From: Candidatus Marinacidobacterium sp.
GTDB taxonomy: Bacteria > Acidobacteriota > Vicinamibacteria > Marinacidobacterales > Marinacidobacteraceae
Assembly: GCA_965204755.1 (NCBI GenBank)
Contig: OZ242011.1
Coordinates: 1,472,001 to 1,536,000 of the forward strand
Direction: 5' to 3'
Length of the DNA stretch: 64,000 nucleotides
In this document: piece by piece, positions 28,683 to 38,903 of the stretch
Position numbering within the stretch: position 1 is the stretch's first letter
Layout of the letters: each line of letters opens with the position of its first letter
The notes under the pieces: generated by a model
Seen by the model: only the letters and a program-made list of their open reading frames with translations
Told to the model about the DNA's origin: nothing
The model's database searches: none
Position numbers and translations under genes: made by a program

Positions 28683-29684
28683 ATGGCGGACAGGCAATGG
28701 TATGTGGCGGAAGCCGGGCGGACGCTCGGCCCGTTCCCGGCTTCCGAAGTCGCCCGGGGGATCCACTCCGGCCGGTGGACGAGACAGACGCAGGTCTGCC
28801 CGGAGGGCGGGACCGACTGGAAGCCGGCGGCCGCCCATCCCGAACTCTCCGGCGGCGCGCTCGGCGGCGGAGCGCCCCGGCCCCCGGCCCCGACGCGGAT
28901 GCACGAGGTGGACTACGAGGTCTTCGGCGAGGAGATGCAGTTCGTGGAGATCGAACTCGACCCCGCCGAAGGGGCGATCGCCGAAGCCGGGGCGATGATG
29001 TTCATGGACGCCGGCATCGAGATGCAGACCATCTTCGGGGACGGCGGCGAGAGCGGGTTCATGGGCAAACTGCTCGGCGCCGGGAAGCGGCTGCTCACCG
29101 GCGAGAGCCTGTTCATGACCGAGTTCGTGAACCAGCGGGGCGGCGGCAAACAGCGGGTGGCCTTCGCCTCGCCCTATCCGGGGAAGATCCTGCCGGTGCA
29201 GTTGTCCGAACTGGGCGGGAAACTCATCGCCCAGAAGGACGCCTTCCTGTGCGCGGCGAAGGGCGTGTCGCTCGGCATCCACTTCCAGAAGAAGATCGGC
29301 ACCGCGCTCTTCGGCGGCGAGGGCTTCATCATGCAGTCGCTCGAGGGCGACGGGCTGGCGTTCCTCCACGCCGGCGGGACGATCGTGCGGAAGGAGTTGG
29401 CGGCGGGGGAGAACCTGCGGGTGGACACCGGCTGCCTGGTGGCGCTCGCGCCCTCCGTCCACTACGACATCCAGTTCGTGGGCGGGATCAAGTCCGCCAT
29501 CTTCGGCGGCGAAGGGTTCTTCTTCGCCAGCCTCACCGGGCCCGGCTGGGTCTGGCTGCAGTCGCTCCCGTTCAGCCGGCTCGCCGGACGGATCCACCAG
29601 GCGGCGCCCCAGACCGGCGGCGGCGGCAAGGGCGAAGGCTCGCTGCTGGGCCGCCTCTCCGGCGTCGGCTGGGACGGGAGTTGA
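28683..29684 (+). CDS. TIGR00266/AIM24 family protein with N-terminal GYF_2 (DUF4339) domain
   Basis: SD AGGAG; WYVAEAGRTLGPF..VCPEGGTDWKPA; GEEMQFVEIEL, AEAGAMM, LTGESLF, FGGEGF, GPGWVWLQSLPFSRLA. Confidence 0.88.
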   Translation: MADRQWYVAEAGRTLGPFPASEVARGIHSGRWTRQTQVCPEGGTDWKPAAAHPELSGGALGGGAPRPPAPTRMHEVDYEVFGEEMQFVEIELDPAEGAIAEAGAMMFMDAGIEMQTIFGDGGESGFMGKLLGAGKRLLTGESLFMTEFVNQRGGGKQRVAFASPYPGKILPVQLSELGGKLIAQKDAFLCAAKGVSLGIHFQKKIGTALFGGEGFIMQSLEGDGLAFLHAGGTIVRKELAAGENLRVDTGCLVALAPSVHYDIQFVGGIKSAIFGGEGFFFASLTGPGWVWLQSLPFSRLAGRIHQAAPQTGGGGKGEGSLLGRLSGVGWDGS

Positions 29685-30247
29685 CCCCGGTGGAGGCAGC
29701 CGCCTCCGGGAACGGCGCCGGGCCCTCGCCGGCCGCCGCCCGGTTCCTCGCCGGGTTCGACTGGGCCGGGTGGGAGCCGGACGAACTCGCCACGCTGCTG
29801 TTCATCGTGCGCGGCGGCCGGGTGCTGCTCATCGAGAAGCACCGCGGCCTGGGCGAGGGGAAGATCAACGGCCCCGGCGGACGCATCGAACCGGGAGAGA
29901 CCGCCGAGGCTGCCGCGGTCCGCGAGGTCGAGGAGGAGGTCCTGGTGCGTCCGACCGGCGTCCGCCGGATGGGCGAGTTGCGCTTCCAGTTCACGAGCGG
30001 CCACGCCATCGGCGTCGAGGTCTTCCGCGCCGACGACTGCGTCGGCGAGCCGGGCCCTACGGCGGAGGCCACCCCGTTCTGGGCGGACCTCGACGCCATC
30101 CCCTACGACCGCATGTGGGAAGACGACGCCGTCTGGCTCCCGTTCCTCCTCCGCGGCGAACCCTTCTCCGGCCGATTCGTCTTCGACGAGGACCGGATGC
30201 TGGAGAGCCGCCTCGAACCGAGCCCCGCCGCGCCCTCCGCCGGCTGA
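29681..30247 (+). CDS. NUDIX hydrolase (8-oxo-dGTPase, MTH1-like)
   Basis: KHRGLGEGKINGPGGRIEPGETAEAAAVREVEEE Nudix box; IPYDRMWEDD; TTG overlap (alternative GTG 29690). Confidence 0.88.
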   Translation: MTPVEAAASGNGAGPSPAAARFLAGFDWAGWEPDELATLLFIVRGGRVLLIEKHRGLGEGKINGPGGRIEPGETAEAAAVREVEEEVLVRPTGVRRMGELRFQFTSGHAIGVEVFRADDCVGEPGPTAEATPFWADLDAIPYDRMWEDDAVWLPFLLRGEPFSGRFVFDEDRMLESRLEPSPAAPSAG

Positions 30248-30335
30248 CGCCTCCCGCTGTCCGTCCGCCCGGCGTCCGGAACGGCTCGCCGCGCGGTTGA
30301 AGTCGGGCCGTGAAAGTGCGAAATTCGCGTTCGAG

Positions 30336-31154
30336 ATGCGAGCATGGGCGCCGAGGGCGGCTCTCGCGGTCGTCGTCGTCGGTCTGGTTGCTCTGGTCGT
30401 GGCGACCGCCCTTCGCAACCGGGCACCCGACGCCCCGGTTGCGGCGCCGGCTCCCGCCGACGACGCAGCCGGCGGGGACGACGCTCACGGTTCCGGGACC
30501 GGAGACGCCGATTCAGCCGAGCCCGACGACAGCCCGGAAGGCCGGCTGGTCGCGGCGGCGCTCGACGGTGACGCCGCCGGCGTCGCCGCGCTCCTTGCGC
30601 AAGGCGTCTCGCCGCGAGCCAGGGACCGCGAGGGACGCGGCGCTCTTCACCGGGCCGCCGAGTCGGGGTCCGTGGAGACTCTCGACTTGCTGATCGAAGC
30701 CGGCGCCGAAGTGGACGGCTTGGACGGACAGGGCTTCACGCCGTTCGTGGCGGCCGCTTTCGCCGGGGCGCTTCCCACCGGGCTGCGCCTGCTGGCGCTC
30801 GGCGCCGATGTGGACGGGCAACGGGAGCCGCACTTCGTGACCGCCTTGGAGCAGGCCATGGCGGGATGGCGCGCCGTGGACGGCACCGAAGCGATAAGCG
30901 AGGACCGGAGGCGTTTCGTGGAGGCCCTCTTCGAGGCCGGCGCGAACCCGAACCTCCAGAGCGTCATGGGGCCACCCATCCGGTTCCTGCCGTGGTTCTT
31001 CGAAGACGAGGCCTTGGTGAACATGTTCTTCGACCACGGGGCAAGGCTCGACGACACGCCGCAACTCTGGGTGTTCGAACGCCGGCCCGGACCGATCGGC
31101 CAACGGATCGCCGAAGCGGTTCGCGCCGCCAGGCAGCGGGCCTCCGAGCCATAG
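30336..31154 (+). CDS. Membrane-anchored ankyrin-repeat protein
   Basis: N-terminal TM; GRGALHRAAESGSVETLDLLIEAGAEVD, GFTPFVAAAFAG..LLALGADVD, LFEAGANPN. Confidence 0.85.
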   Translation: MRAWAPRAALAVVVVGLVALVVATALRNRAPDAPVAAPAPADDAAGGDDAHGSGTGDADSAEPDDSPEGRLVAAALDGDAAGVAALLAQGVSPRARDREGRGALHRAAESGSVETLDLLIEAGAEVDGLDGQGFTPFVAAAFAGALPTGLRLLALGADVDGQREPHFVTALEQAMAGWRAVDGTEAISEDRRRFVEALFEAGANPNLQSVMGPPIRFLPWFFEDEALVNMFFDHGARLDDTPQLWVFERRPGPIGQRIAEAVRAARQRASEP

Positions 31155-31271
31155 GCGTCCGCTTCGCCGGCTGTCGCCTCTCCGGCAGGGCTCACCGGGC
31201 GCTGCGGTGCGCCGCCGACCTCGAAAGGTCGTTTTCTCGGCGGCGGCGCCCGCCCCGCGCTCCGCGCCGGG

Positions 31272-33638
31272 GTGATCGGCCACTTCGCGGCGGCGGGCCG
31301 GGCCCTCGTCCGGGCCGGCAGCCGCGCGGCCGTTCCGGCGAGCGTGCTCGCGCTCGCGGTCGCCGCCGGTCAGACGGTCGTCGTCATCCGGGAGGCAGTT
31401 CTTTCGCGGCCGCTTCCCTACCCGGACGCGCAGGCGCTCGTTCGGATCGAAGCAGCCCGGAGTCCCGACGACCCGCGCGCAGCGGCCGGCTTCGGTGATC
31501 TCGTCACCATCCACGAAGCGGAGTTGCTGCGGCAGCACGCCTCCTCCGTGGCGGGCTTCGCCGCCTGGAGCGACACTTGGGCGACGGTCGGCAGCGAGTC
31601 GGGCCGTCCGGTTCGGGTCGTTCGCGCCTATCCGGGCCTGCTCGCCGCATTGGGCGTCCACCCTTCCTCGGGCGCCTCGTTCGCTCCCGAGCACTACGAG
31701 GCCGACCCGGAGCAGCCACCGGCGGTTCTGCTCGGTCACCGCCTCTGGAGGCGACTCGGCGGCTCCCCGGAGAACCCCGTACCGGAACTCACGCTGAACG
31801 GGACGCCGACACCGGTCTCGGGGGTCATGCCGGCGGGTTTTTTCTTCCCCGATCCGGACGCGGCCGCCTGGGTCCCGACCCGGGAACTTCGACCCTCGCG
31901 CCAGAACCGGGGATCCGCCCAACGACTCGTCGGGAGGCTCGCTCCGGGCGCATCACCTGCGGCGGCTTCCTCGGAACTGACCGCCATCCTGCAGAGCGGC
32001 GGCAACCTGCGCCCGGACGAGAGCGTCCGGGTGACCCGCCTGGCCGATGTGGTGACGGCGGGCGTCCGGCCGGCGCTCGACCTGCTCCTGTGGGGCGCGC
32101 TCCTGCTGACGCTGGCCGCCTCGGTCAGCATGACCGCCCTCCGCATGTCGGCGATGCTCGCGGAACGCGTCGCCGCGGCGACGCGGCGGGCGCTCGGCGC
32201 TTCGTCGGGAGACGAACTGCGCCGCGCGCTTTCGCGGGTCGTCGTCCAAGCCGTATTCGTCGGCGCGGCGGCCAGTCTGGTCGCGTTCTGGCTCATTTCC
32301 GCGGCGCGCCGGTTCGCCGGCGCCGTGCCTTTCTCGGAATCGTGGGGCCTCACGCCGGCCGGCGTCGGCCTCGGGTTCGCCCTGGCGCTCGTCGCGGTGG
32401 CCATTTCCGAGACACCGGCCGTGTTCGCGGCGCTGCGCCACCCGCCGCGGCTGGTGGGGGCGCAGCCGCTCACTCCGGGAACCGGGGCGCTCGCGTCCTC
32501 CTACCTCGCCTTCGGAACTCTTGCTTCGACGGCGATGCTCATCGCGGCGGGGGCGTTCAGCGCTCGGGCCTTCGATCTCGTACGGGGCCTCGGCGGCTAT
32601 TCCGCGGAGGGGTTGGCGCAACTCACCGTGGACTTCGGCGGTACGACTCGGCCGCCGTCCCACGACGAAAAGGCCGCGGCGCTGAAGCGCGCCGCCGACC
32701 GCCTCCGCGCCCTCCCGGGCGTGGTGGAAGTCGGTTACGCGGACGCCCTCCCCGACGCCATGGGCCGGGTGAATTTCGAGAGTTTCGAGCCCGGCGCCGC
32801 CGCCTTCACGGAGATCCGGGCGAGCCCTCGACTGCTCCAGACCCTCGGGCTCGAAGTACTTCGGGGACGCGGGCTCCTCGAGACGGACGACCCGCCGGCG
32901 GAAACGGTCGCCGTGCTGTCGCGCTCCCTGGCGCTGCGGCAGGGCGGCGATCCGATGAACCGGATGATCGGGTCGAGGGGCTCCGAGGCGCGCGCCGTCG
33001 GCGTCACGGCGGATGTGCTGCGCTTTCCCGCCGAGGCGGCGCCGCCCGCGGCGTACATCCCGTTCGCCGAGCCGCCGATCGCCGCGATGCCGGCGCCGCG
33101 CGCCGAGATCGTGGTCCGGTTCGACCGCGCCGTTCGCGAGGCGGACGCCGCCGCGCTCGCGCGGGAAGTCGCCTCGGCCGCCCCGGCGCTCCGAATCCTG
33201 CGCGCCGAATCCGTGCGAGATCGCCGCGCCCGTCTGCTCGGCGGCAATGTCCTCGCTGCGGCGCTGGTGGCGCTCTTCGCGGCGGTTTCGGCGCTCTTGG
33301 CAGTCGTGGGCGCGGTGGGTCTGGTGGTCGAGACCGCGGCCCGGCGAGTCCGGCGCCTCGCGATCCTCCAGGCCGTGGGCGCCCCGCCGGACGCCGTCGT
33401 CCGGGCCGCCGCCGGCCGCAGCGGGTGGGCGTCCGGGGTCGGCGTCGGTTTGGGGGTCGCCGGCGGGTGGGTGCTCCTGCGGGTCGTGGGGAGCCGGATC
33501 GCCTGGGTGGAGACCGGGGACTGGACGCTCTACGCCGGGCCGGCCGCGCTCATGGGGCTCGCCCTGCTCGCCGCGTGCGCCGCGACCGGGCTCCGGGCGC
33601 TTCGCGCCAACCCTTGGGCGGCGCTTCGTTCGTTGTAA
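31272..33638 (+). CDS. Duplicated MacB/FtsX permease (ADOP-like, divergent)
   Basis: LSRPLPYPDAQALVRI, LGHRLWRRLGG, GVMPAGFFFP, two FtsX halves, ends NPWAALRSL; 788 aa. Confidence 0.8.
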   Translation: MIGHFAAAGRALVRAGSRAAVPASVLALAVAAGQTVVVIREAVLSRPLPYPDAQALVRIEAARSPDDPRAAAGFGDLVTIHEAELLRQHASSVAGFAAWSDTWATVGSESGRPVRVVRAYPGLLAALGVHPSSGASFAPEHYEADPEQPPAVLLGHRLWRRLGGSPENPVPELTLNGTPTPVSGVMPAGFFFPDPDAAAWVPTRELRPSRQNRGSAQRLVGRLAPGASPAAASSELTAILQSGGNLRPDESVRVTRLADVVTAGVRPALDLLLWGALLLTLAASVSMTALRMSAMLAERVAAATRRALGASSGDELRRALSRVVVQAVFVGAAASLVAFWLISAARRFAGAVPFSESWGLTPAGVGLGFALALVAVAISETPAVFAALRHPPRLVGAQPLTPGTGALASSYLAFGTLASTAMLIAAGAFSARAFDLVRGLGGYSAEGLAQLTVDFGGTTRPPSHDEKAAALKRAADRLRALPGVVEVGYADALPDAMGRVNFESFEPGAAAFTEIRASPRLLQTLGLEVLRGRGLLETDDPPAETVAVLSRSLALRQGGDPMNRMIGSRGSEARAVGVTADVLRFPAEAAPPAAYIPFAEPPIAAMPAPRAEIVVRFDRAVREADAAALAREVASAAPALRILRAESVRDRRARLLGGNVLAAALVALFAAVSALLAVVGAVGLVVETAARRVRRLAILQAVGAPPDAVVRAAAGRSGWASGVGVGLGVAGGWVLLRVVGSRIAWVETGDWTLYAGPAALMGLALLAACAATGLRALRANPWAALRSL

Positions 33639-33678
33639 CCCAGCGCCGCCCGTTAGGGCCTCGGCGTTCTCCCGGCGG

Positions 33679-36600
33679 TTACCCGGTCTTCTGCGAGCGG
33701 GCCGGGGCCACCGGCTCCGCGCCGGCGTCGGTGAGTTGGCGGTTCAGGTCGTCGAGGCGGGGGCCGAGGGCGGTGTCCAACTGCTCCAGGTGGGCGTCGA
33801 GTTCGCCGGAGAGTTCCTCGAAGACGGCGTAGGCGCCGTCGGTGGGTTTGGCGTCGCCGGTTTCCACGCTGCGGCGGAGGGAGGCGAGGCGGTTGTTCAG
33901 CCGGATCGGGAAGTTCAGAGGATCCTGGTTGCTGCGGTTCTTGGTCTGGTAGAGCGCTTCCTCGATCTCGGTGAGGTCGGCGGTGAGTTCGCCGCCGGCT
34001 TCCAGCACGCCCCGGTCGCTGGTTCCTTCGAGGCGTTCCTCCAACCGGGCGCGGACCTCGCGGATGCGGATCACCGCCTCATTCGCCGAGGTGGTGCGGT
34101 CGCGGATCCGGCTGGCCAACTCGAACTGCTCCACCAGGTCGGCGGTGCTCACGCCCTCGAGCCGCGGATCGGCGATCAGGGTGAGCGTCGTCGTCTCGGT
34201 GACGCCGGCGGCTTCCACGCTGACTTCGTAGTCGCCCGGAGGCGCCTTGGGGCCGCTGGTGGCGCGGGCGCTCCAGAGGATCATTCCCTCGAACTCCGCC
34301 GCGCCCCGGTAGCGGCCGTTCCAGACGAAACGGTTCAGCCCGCCGGCGGTCGTCGGCGACGAAGAACGGCGGGAGCGGAACCAGGAAAAGTCCGGCTCGG
34401 CTTCCCAGTCCGGTTCGGTTCCTTCGAAGCGGTCCACCAGGTTGCCCGATGCATCGTGGATCTCGACGGTGACTTTCTCCGCTTCCGAAGCGAGGTGGTA
34501 CTGGATCACCGCGTCCTGGACGCCGCGCACCGCCCGCCCGGGTTCGAAGACGGTCAGGGCGGCGTTTTCCGTGTCCGCCGCGAGTTGGCGCAGCGGTTCG
34601 ATGTCGTCGAGGATCCAGAACCCGCGTCCGTGGGTGCCGAGCACCACATCGCTCCCCTTCACCACGAGGTCGCGTATGGGCGTGTCCGGCAGGTTCTGCT
34701 GGAGCGCCTGCCAACGATCCCCGTCGTTTAGCGATACATAGGCGCCGTGCTCCGTTCCGAGGAACAGGAGTCCTTGGCGCACCGGGTCTTCGCGCACCGC
34801 GCGGGCGAAGTGGCCGGGGGCGATTCCGTCCACGATCTTCGTCCAGGTGGCGCCGTAGTCGGTCGTGCGGAAGACATACGGTTCGCGGTCGTCCACCTGG
34901 TACCGGTTCGCCGCGACGAACGCGGTCCCCGGACGGTGGGACGATTCTTCGATGATGCTCACCCGGCTGAACTTCGGCAGGTCCGGCGGAGTGATCTCGG
35001 TCCAGGCGGCGCCGTGGTCGCGGGTGAGGTGGAGGCGGCCGTCGTCGGAGCCGACCCAAATCGTGTCGATGTCGTGCTGCGACGGAGCGGCGGCGAAGAT
35101 CGTCGCGTAGATCTCCGGCCCGTTCATGTCCATGGTGATGAGGCCGCCGGTCTCGCCGAGCGTCTCCGGGTCGGCGTAGGTGAGGTCGGGGCTGATCTTC
35201 GTCCACGACTGCCCGTCGTTCGTCGTCATGTACAGGAATTGCGAACTGGTGTAGAGCCGGTTCTCGTCGAGGGGCGAGAACACGATCGGGAAAGTCCACT
35301 GCCAGCGGTCGGGAAGCGCGCTCGCCGGTTCGCCGGAGAAGAACCGCGGATAGACCTGGATGTCCCGGATCTGTCCGTTCGCGCGGTTGTAGCGGGTCAG
35401 CAGCGCTCCCTGGCTGCCGGCGTAGAACACATCCAGGTTCGACGGGTGCTGGGTGATGTAGCCGCTCTCGCCGCCGCCGGCCGCGTAGTACCAACGGCTG
35501 CCCGGCCCCCGCGCCTGCATGTGGTCCCAACCCTCGCTGGGAACGCAGATCGTGGAGTTGTCCTGCTGCGCCCCGCATACATGGTAGGGAAAGTCGTTCG
35601 TGACATTCACATGGTACAACTGCGTGGTCGAATACGCCTGACCGGTCCAGGTGTCGCCGCCGTTGACGGAGACATTGCCGCCGCCGTCGTTCGAGTTGCA
35701 CATGCGCATCGGATCGTTCGGGTCGATCCAGAGGTCGTGCTGGTCTCCGTGCGGCGGACGAATGACATGGTCGAAGGTCTCGCCGCCGTCGTCCGAACGG
35801 TAGAAGCCGGTATTCAGCGCATACACCCGTTCCGGATCCACCGGGTCGGCATACACCCGCGAGTAGTAGAAGGCGCGCTGGCGCAGTTTCCGCTCGTTGT
35901 TCGTGAGGCGCCAGGTGGCGCCCCGGTCGTCGGAGCGGAACACGCCGCCTTCGGGCGCTTCCACGATGGCCCATACCCGGTCCGGATTCGCCGGCGAAAC
36001 GGTCACGCCGATCTTTCCGATCGGGCCGGCCGGCATTCCCGGGTTCTCCGTGAGTTCGGTCCAGGTGTCTCCGCCGTCGTCGGAGCGGTAGAGCCCGGAA
36101 TCGGGGCCGCCGCCCCACATCTTCCAGGCCTTCCGGTACACCTGCCACAGGGTGGCGTAGAGCACCTGCGGATTCGTCCGGTCGATGATGAGGTCGGCTG
36201 CGCCGGCTTTCGGGCTCGCGAAGAGGATCCGCTCCCAGGTGTTCCCGCCGTCCGTCGAGCGGAAGACGCCGCGTTCCTCGTTGTCGCCGTAGGGATGGCC
36301 GAGGGCGGCCACATACACGATGTCCGGATTCACCGGATGGATGCGGATCCGGGCGACCGCCTGGGTGTCCGCGAGGCCCACATGCCGCCAGGTCTTCCCG
36401 CCGTCGCCGCTGCGATAGACGCCGTCGCCCTGGGTGATGCTGCCGCGCAACTGCGTTTCACCTCCGCCGATGAAGACGATGTCCGGGTTGGTCTCCGCCA
36501 CCGCGACCGCGCCGATCGAGGAACTCGAGATCTGGCCGTCGGTCACCGGGAACCAGGTGGTTCCCGAGTCGAGGGTCTTCCACAACCCCCCGCCGGTCGC

Positions 36601-36870
36601 GCCGAAGTAGTACTCGTGGCGGCGCCCCGGGCTGCCGGAGCAGCCGAGGGACCGTCCGCCGCGCAGCGGGCCGATGTTGCGCCACTGCATCGGGCGGAGG
36701 AAGGACTCGTCGAGCGTGAGGTCGGCGGCCCCGTCCTGCGCGGCGGCGCCCGGCGCGGCGAAGGCCGGCGCGAGGAGCGCGGTCAGCGAAGTCGCGAGGG
36801 CGGTCGAAGTGCGCCGGAGGGACCGGCGGGCGGGATGCGGCCGGGATTTCGACCTGCGAAGAATGGACAT
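33679..36870 (-). CDS. Secreted BNR/Asp-box (VPS10/sortilin-like) glycosyl hydrolase
   Basis: WRNIGPLRGGR, many SxDGGxTW Asp-boxes, HGDQHDLWIDP, GTHGRGFWILDD; signal peptide; 1063 aa. Confidence 0.9.
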   Translation of the reverse strand: MSILRRSKSRPHPARRSLRRTSTALATSLTALLAPAFAAPGAAAQDGAADLTLDESFLRPMQWRNIGPLRGGRSLGCSGSPGRRHEYYFGATGGGLWKTLDSGTTWFPVTDGQISSSSIGAVAVAETNPDIVFIGGGETQLRGSITQGDGVYRSGDGGKTWRHVGLADTQAVARIRIHPVNPDIVYVAALGHPYGDNEERGVFRSTDGGNTWERILFASPKAGAADLIIDRTNPQVLYATLWQVYRKAWKMWGGGPDSGLYRSDDGGDTWTELTENPGMPAGPIGKIGVTVSPANPDRVWAIVEAPEGGVFRSDDRGATWRLTNNERKLRQRAFYYSRVYADPVDPERVYALNTGFYRSDDGGETFDHVIRPPHGDQHDLWIDPNDPMRMCNSNDGGGNVSVNGGDTWTGQAYSTTQLYHVNVTNDFPYHVCGAQQDNSTICVPSEGWDHMQARGPGSRWYYAAGGGESGYITQHPSNLDVFYAGSQGALLTRYNRANGQIRDIQVYPRFFSGEPASALPDRWQWTFPIVFSPLDENRLYTSSQFLYMTTNDGQSWTKISPDLTYADPETLGETGGLITMDMNGPEIYATIFAAAPSQHDIDTIWVGSDDGRLHLTRDHGAAWTEITPPDLPKFSRVSIIEESSHRPGTAFVAANRYQVDDREPYVFRTTDYGATWTKIVDGIAPGHFARAVREDPVRQGLLFLGTEHGAYVSLNDGDRWQALQQNLPDTPIRDLVVKGSDVVLGTHGRGFWILDDIEPLRQLAADTENAALTVFEPGRAVRGVQDAVIQYHLASEAEKVTVEIHDASGNLVDRFEGTEPDWEAEPDFSWFRSRRSSSPTTAGGLNRFVWNGRYRGAAEFEGMILWSARATSGPKAPPGDYEVSVEAAGVTETTTLTLIADPRLEGVSTADLVEQFELASRIRDRTTSANEAVIRIREVRARLEERLEGTSDRGVLEAGGELTADLTEIEEALYQTKNRSNQDPLNFPIRLNNRLASLRRSVETGDAKPTDGAYAVFEELSGELDAHLEQLDTALGPRLDDLNRQLTDAGAEPVAPARSQKTG

Positions 36871-37158
36871 GGCGGAACTCCTTTCGGTAAGCGGAAGTCC
36901 GGCGAGCGGAATCGGAGCGAACGGGAAAGCATATGAAACGCGCCGCCCCGGGGCGCGGCGCGCCGGCGAAGCGCCGACCGGGCAGGAGTGCGGGGAGGGG
37001 CCTTCCCACGAAAGAAGGCGGGGGGGTCGCGCCGCGATTCGCGCCGCCGGCCCGCAGGAAGAGCGTCCAGTCAGCGAACCGGACGGGGACTTCGCGCGCT
37101 CCGGTCGAGGAGCGGAGGGCGGGGCCCCCTCGACGGGCTGTTAGCATTTTCGCCACCG

Positions 37159-37431
37159 ATGGCCAACCGCTCCCGTCAGACCTTCCTCAAGCGGCGGAAG
37201 GAGAAGGAACGGGCCGCCCGCCAGAAGGCCAAGGAGATGCGCCGCCGGGAGCGCGCGCTCGAACGGGCCTCCGAAGGTCCCCGGCCGACCGGCGCCGACC
37301 GGGACATCGAGGGCATCGTCGCCGGTCCGCAGGAACCGGTGTGGAAGATGGCCGGCGTCCTCACCGACGACGAGATCGACGAGATCGAGGCCGCCGAAGA
37401 AGCGGCCCGCCAGGAAGAGGCGAAGCGATAG
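37159..37431 (+). CDS. Small charged conserved hypothetical protein (90 aa)
   Basis: MANRSRQTFLKRRKEKERAARQKAKEMRR..DIEGIVAGPQ; TAGCAT -10 at 37142. Confidence 0.7.
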   Translation: MANRSRQTFLKRRKEKERAARQKAKEMRRRERALERASEGPRPTGADRDIEGIVAGPQEPVWKMAGVLTDDEIDEIEAAEEAARQEEAKR

Positions 37432-37510
37432 GAACCGGCGGGGTCGGGGCTCCCCCGGCTTTCGGAAACCGGTCCTTCCGCCCGCGCGGACTCAGGTGCG
37501 CGGGCCCGAG

Positions 37511-37545
37511 GCCGGCGCCGCCCCCCTTTTCGGAGCGGCGCCGGC
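37511..37545. terminator. Hairpin between convergent genes
   Basis: GCCGGCGCCGC-N13-GCGGCGCCGGC inverted repeat. Confidence 0.45.
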
Positions 37546-37553
37546 GGGCCGGG

Positions 37554-38225
37554 TCAGCGCCCGCTGCCGCGGCGGCCCCGGCGGTCGTTCCGCTCGACGA
37601 GTTTCGACCGCTGCTCCTCGGTGAGCAGCGCGCGCATCCGCTCCCGATCCGTCCGGCGGCGGAGCGCCTGTTCCGCCTCGAGGACGCCGACAGCGGCGCC
37701 GAGTTCCTTCACTTCGTCCGGGGAGCGGTTCTCGTCCCCGACCGCGCGGGCGAGTTCCCGGCGGGCGTCCGCGAGAGCGCGCCGACCGTCGCGCCGCTCG
37801 TCGGCGAGGTCACGGAAGAGGGTCCGCAACCCGTCCCGTTGCGCCTCGGTCAACTCGAGTTCCTCGGCGAGGCGGGGAGAGAGCAGCGCGCGGCCGCCGG
37901 AGTACCCGTATGCGCCTCGGCGGTCGCGGAACCGGCGCTCCACCCGCGCGCGGCGGCGGTCGCGGTTCCCCTCGCGCCGGGCGCGCTCCCGGTCGCGGCG
38001 GGCTTGGACGCGACCCTGCGCTTCGGCCGGGGCGCGGACCGTGGACGACGGCGAGGCTTCGGCCTCCGAAGGGCCGGCGGCGGCCGTCGCCGGAGCCGGG
38101 CTTTCCGCCCGCGCGGCGGCGCCGGCCACGGTGAGGGCGGCGAACGCCGCAGCGGCGGCGAGCAGGAACGAGCGGCTCCGAACCGCGCGGCGGGCGGCCG
38201 AAACGGAGTTCCGGGTGTTCGTCAT
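37554..38225 (-). CDS. Spy/CpxP family periplasmic chaperone
   Basis: Signal peptide; two LTxxQ motifs (LELTEAQR, LLTEEQR); SD AGGAGG. Confidence 0.8.
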   Translation of the reverse strand: MTNTRNSVSAARRAVRSRSFLLAAAAAFAALTVAGAAARAESPAPATAAAGPSEAEASPSSTVRAPAEAQGRVQARRDRERARREGNRDRRRARVERRFRDRRGAYGYSGGRALLSPRLAEELELTEAQRDGLRTLFRDLADERRDGRRALADARRELARAVGDENRSPDEVKELGAAVGVLEAEQALRRRTDRERMRALLTEEQRSKLVERNDRRGRRGSGR

Positions 38226-38383
38226 GAGTCTTCCTCCTGACGGGAAATGGCCTCGCAGCCGATCCGCGGGCCCGCGGCCGGATTTGCAAGTGAAATGCCA
38301 CCCGGCGGCCGGGATGCCGCCGGGCGAGAAGCGCTCCGGAGTGATAGCCTCACCGGTTTCGCGGGCGTCCGGCCGAGGCGGTG

Positions 38384-38460
38384 GGCGGGGTAGCTCAGTC
38401 GGTTAGAGCGGAGGACTCATAACCCTCAGGTCGGCGGTTCGAGTCCGCCCCCCGCTACCA
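38384..38460 (+). tRNA. tRNA-Met(CAT), elongator type
   Basis: GGCGGGG/CCCCGCT acceptor, TAGCTCAG D-arm, anticodon loop CTCATAA, GGTTCGAGTCC T-arm, encoded CCA; extended -10 TGATAGCCT at 38342. Confidence 0.93.
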
Positions 38461-38546
38461 CCCCGTTCGGCGCGACGCGGCGCCCCCGGAAGATCCCCGG
38501 CGCCGGCGCCGCCGGCCGCCACCGGCCGTCCCGAGGCCAAATCCCC

Positions 38547-38876
38547 ATGCGCACCAAGCGAACCTTCAAGATCAAGGCCCGGCGCGATGTGTCCTGTCCC
38601 GAGACCTACGCGAACTTCTGCGAGGCCACCCATTCCCCCTTCGACCTGACGCTCACCTTCTGCTGCCTCTCCGGCATCCAGCCCGAAGATGTGACCGAGA
38701 CCGGGGAGGGCGGGGACGGCGTGGTGTACGCGGACCCGAAGACCCGGATCGTCCTTCCCTTCCGGATCGTGCCGGCGCTCATCAAGATGCTGGAGACCCA
38801 GATGCGGGCCGTCGAGGAGGGCGAGGAGGAAGAACCGTCGGGTCTGCAGCAGGCGGATTTCCCGGTCGTCCACTGA
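38547..38876 (+). CDS. DUF3467 family protein
   Basis: YANFCEATHSPFDLTLTF..RIVLP..LIKMLETQM pattern typical of DUF3467. Confidence 0.7.
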   Translation: MRTKRTFKIKARRDVSCPETYANFCEATHSPFDLTLTFCCLSGIQPEDVTETGEGGDGVVYADPKTRIVLPFRIVPALIKMLETQMRAVEEGEEEEPSGLQQADFPVVH

Positions 38877-38903
38877 CTTGGGCCCGGATGACTTGGGCCC
38901 GGA
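38874..38903 (+). repeat. Perfect 15-bp tandem duplication
   Basis: TGACTTGGGCCCGGA x2, spanning the stop and start codons of adjacent genes. Confidence 0.9.
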
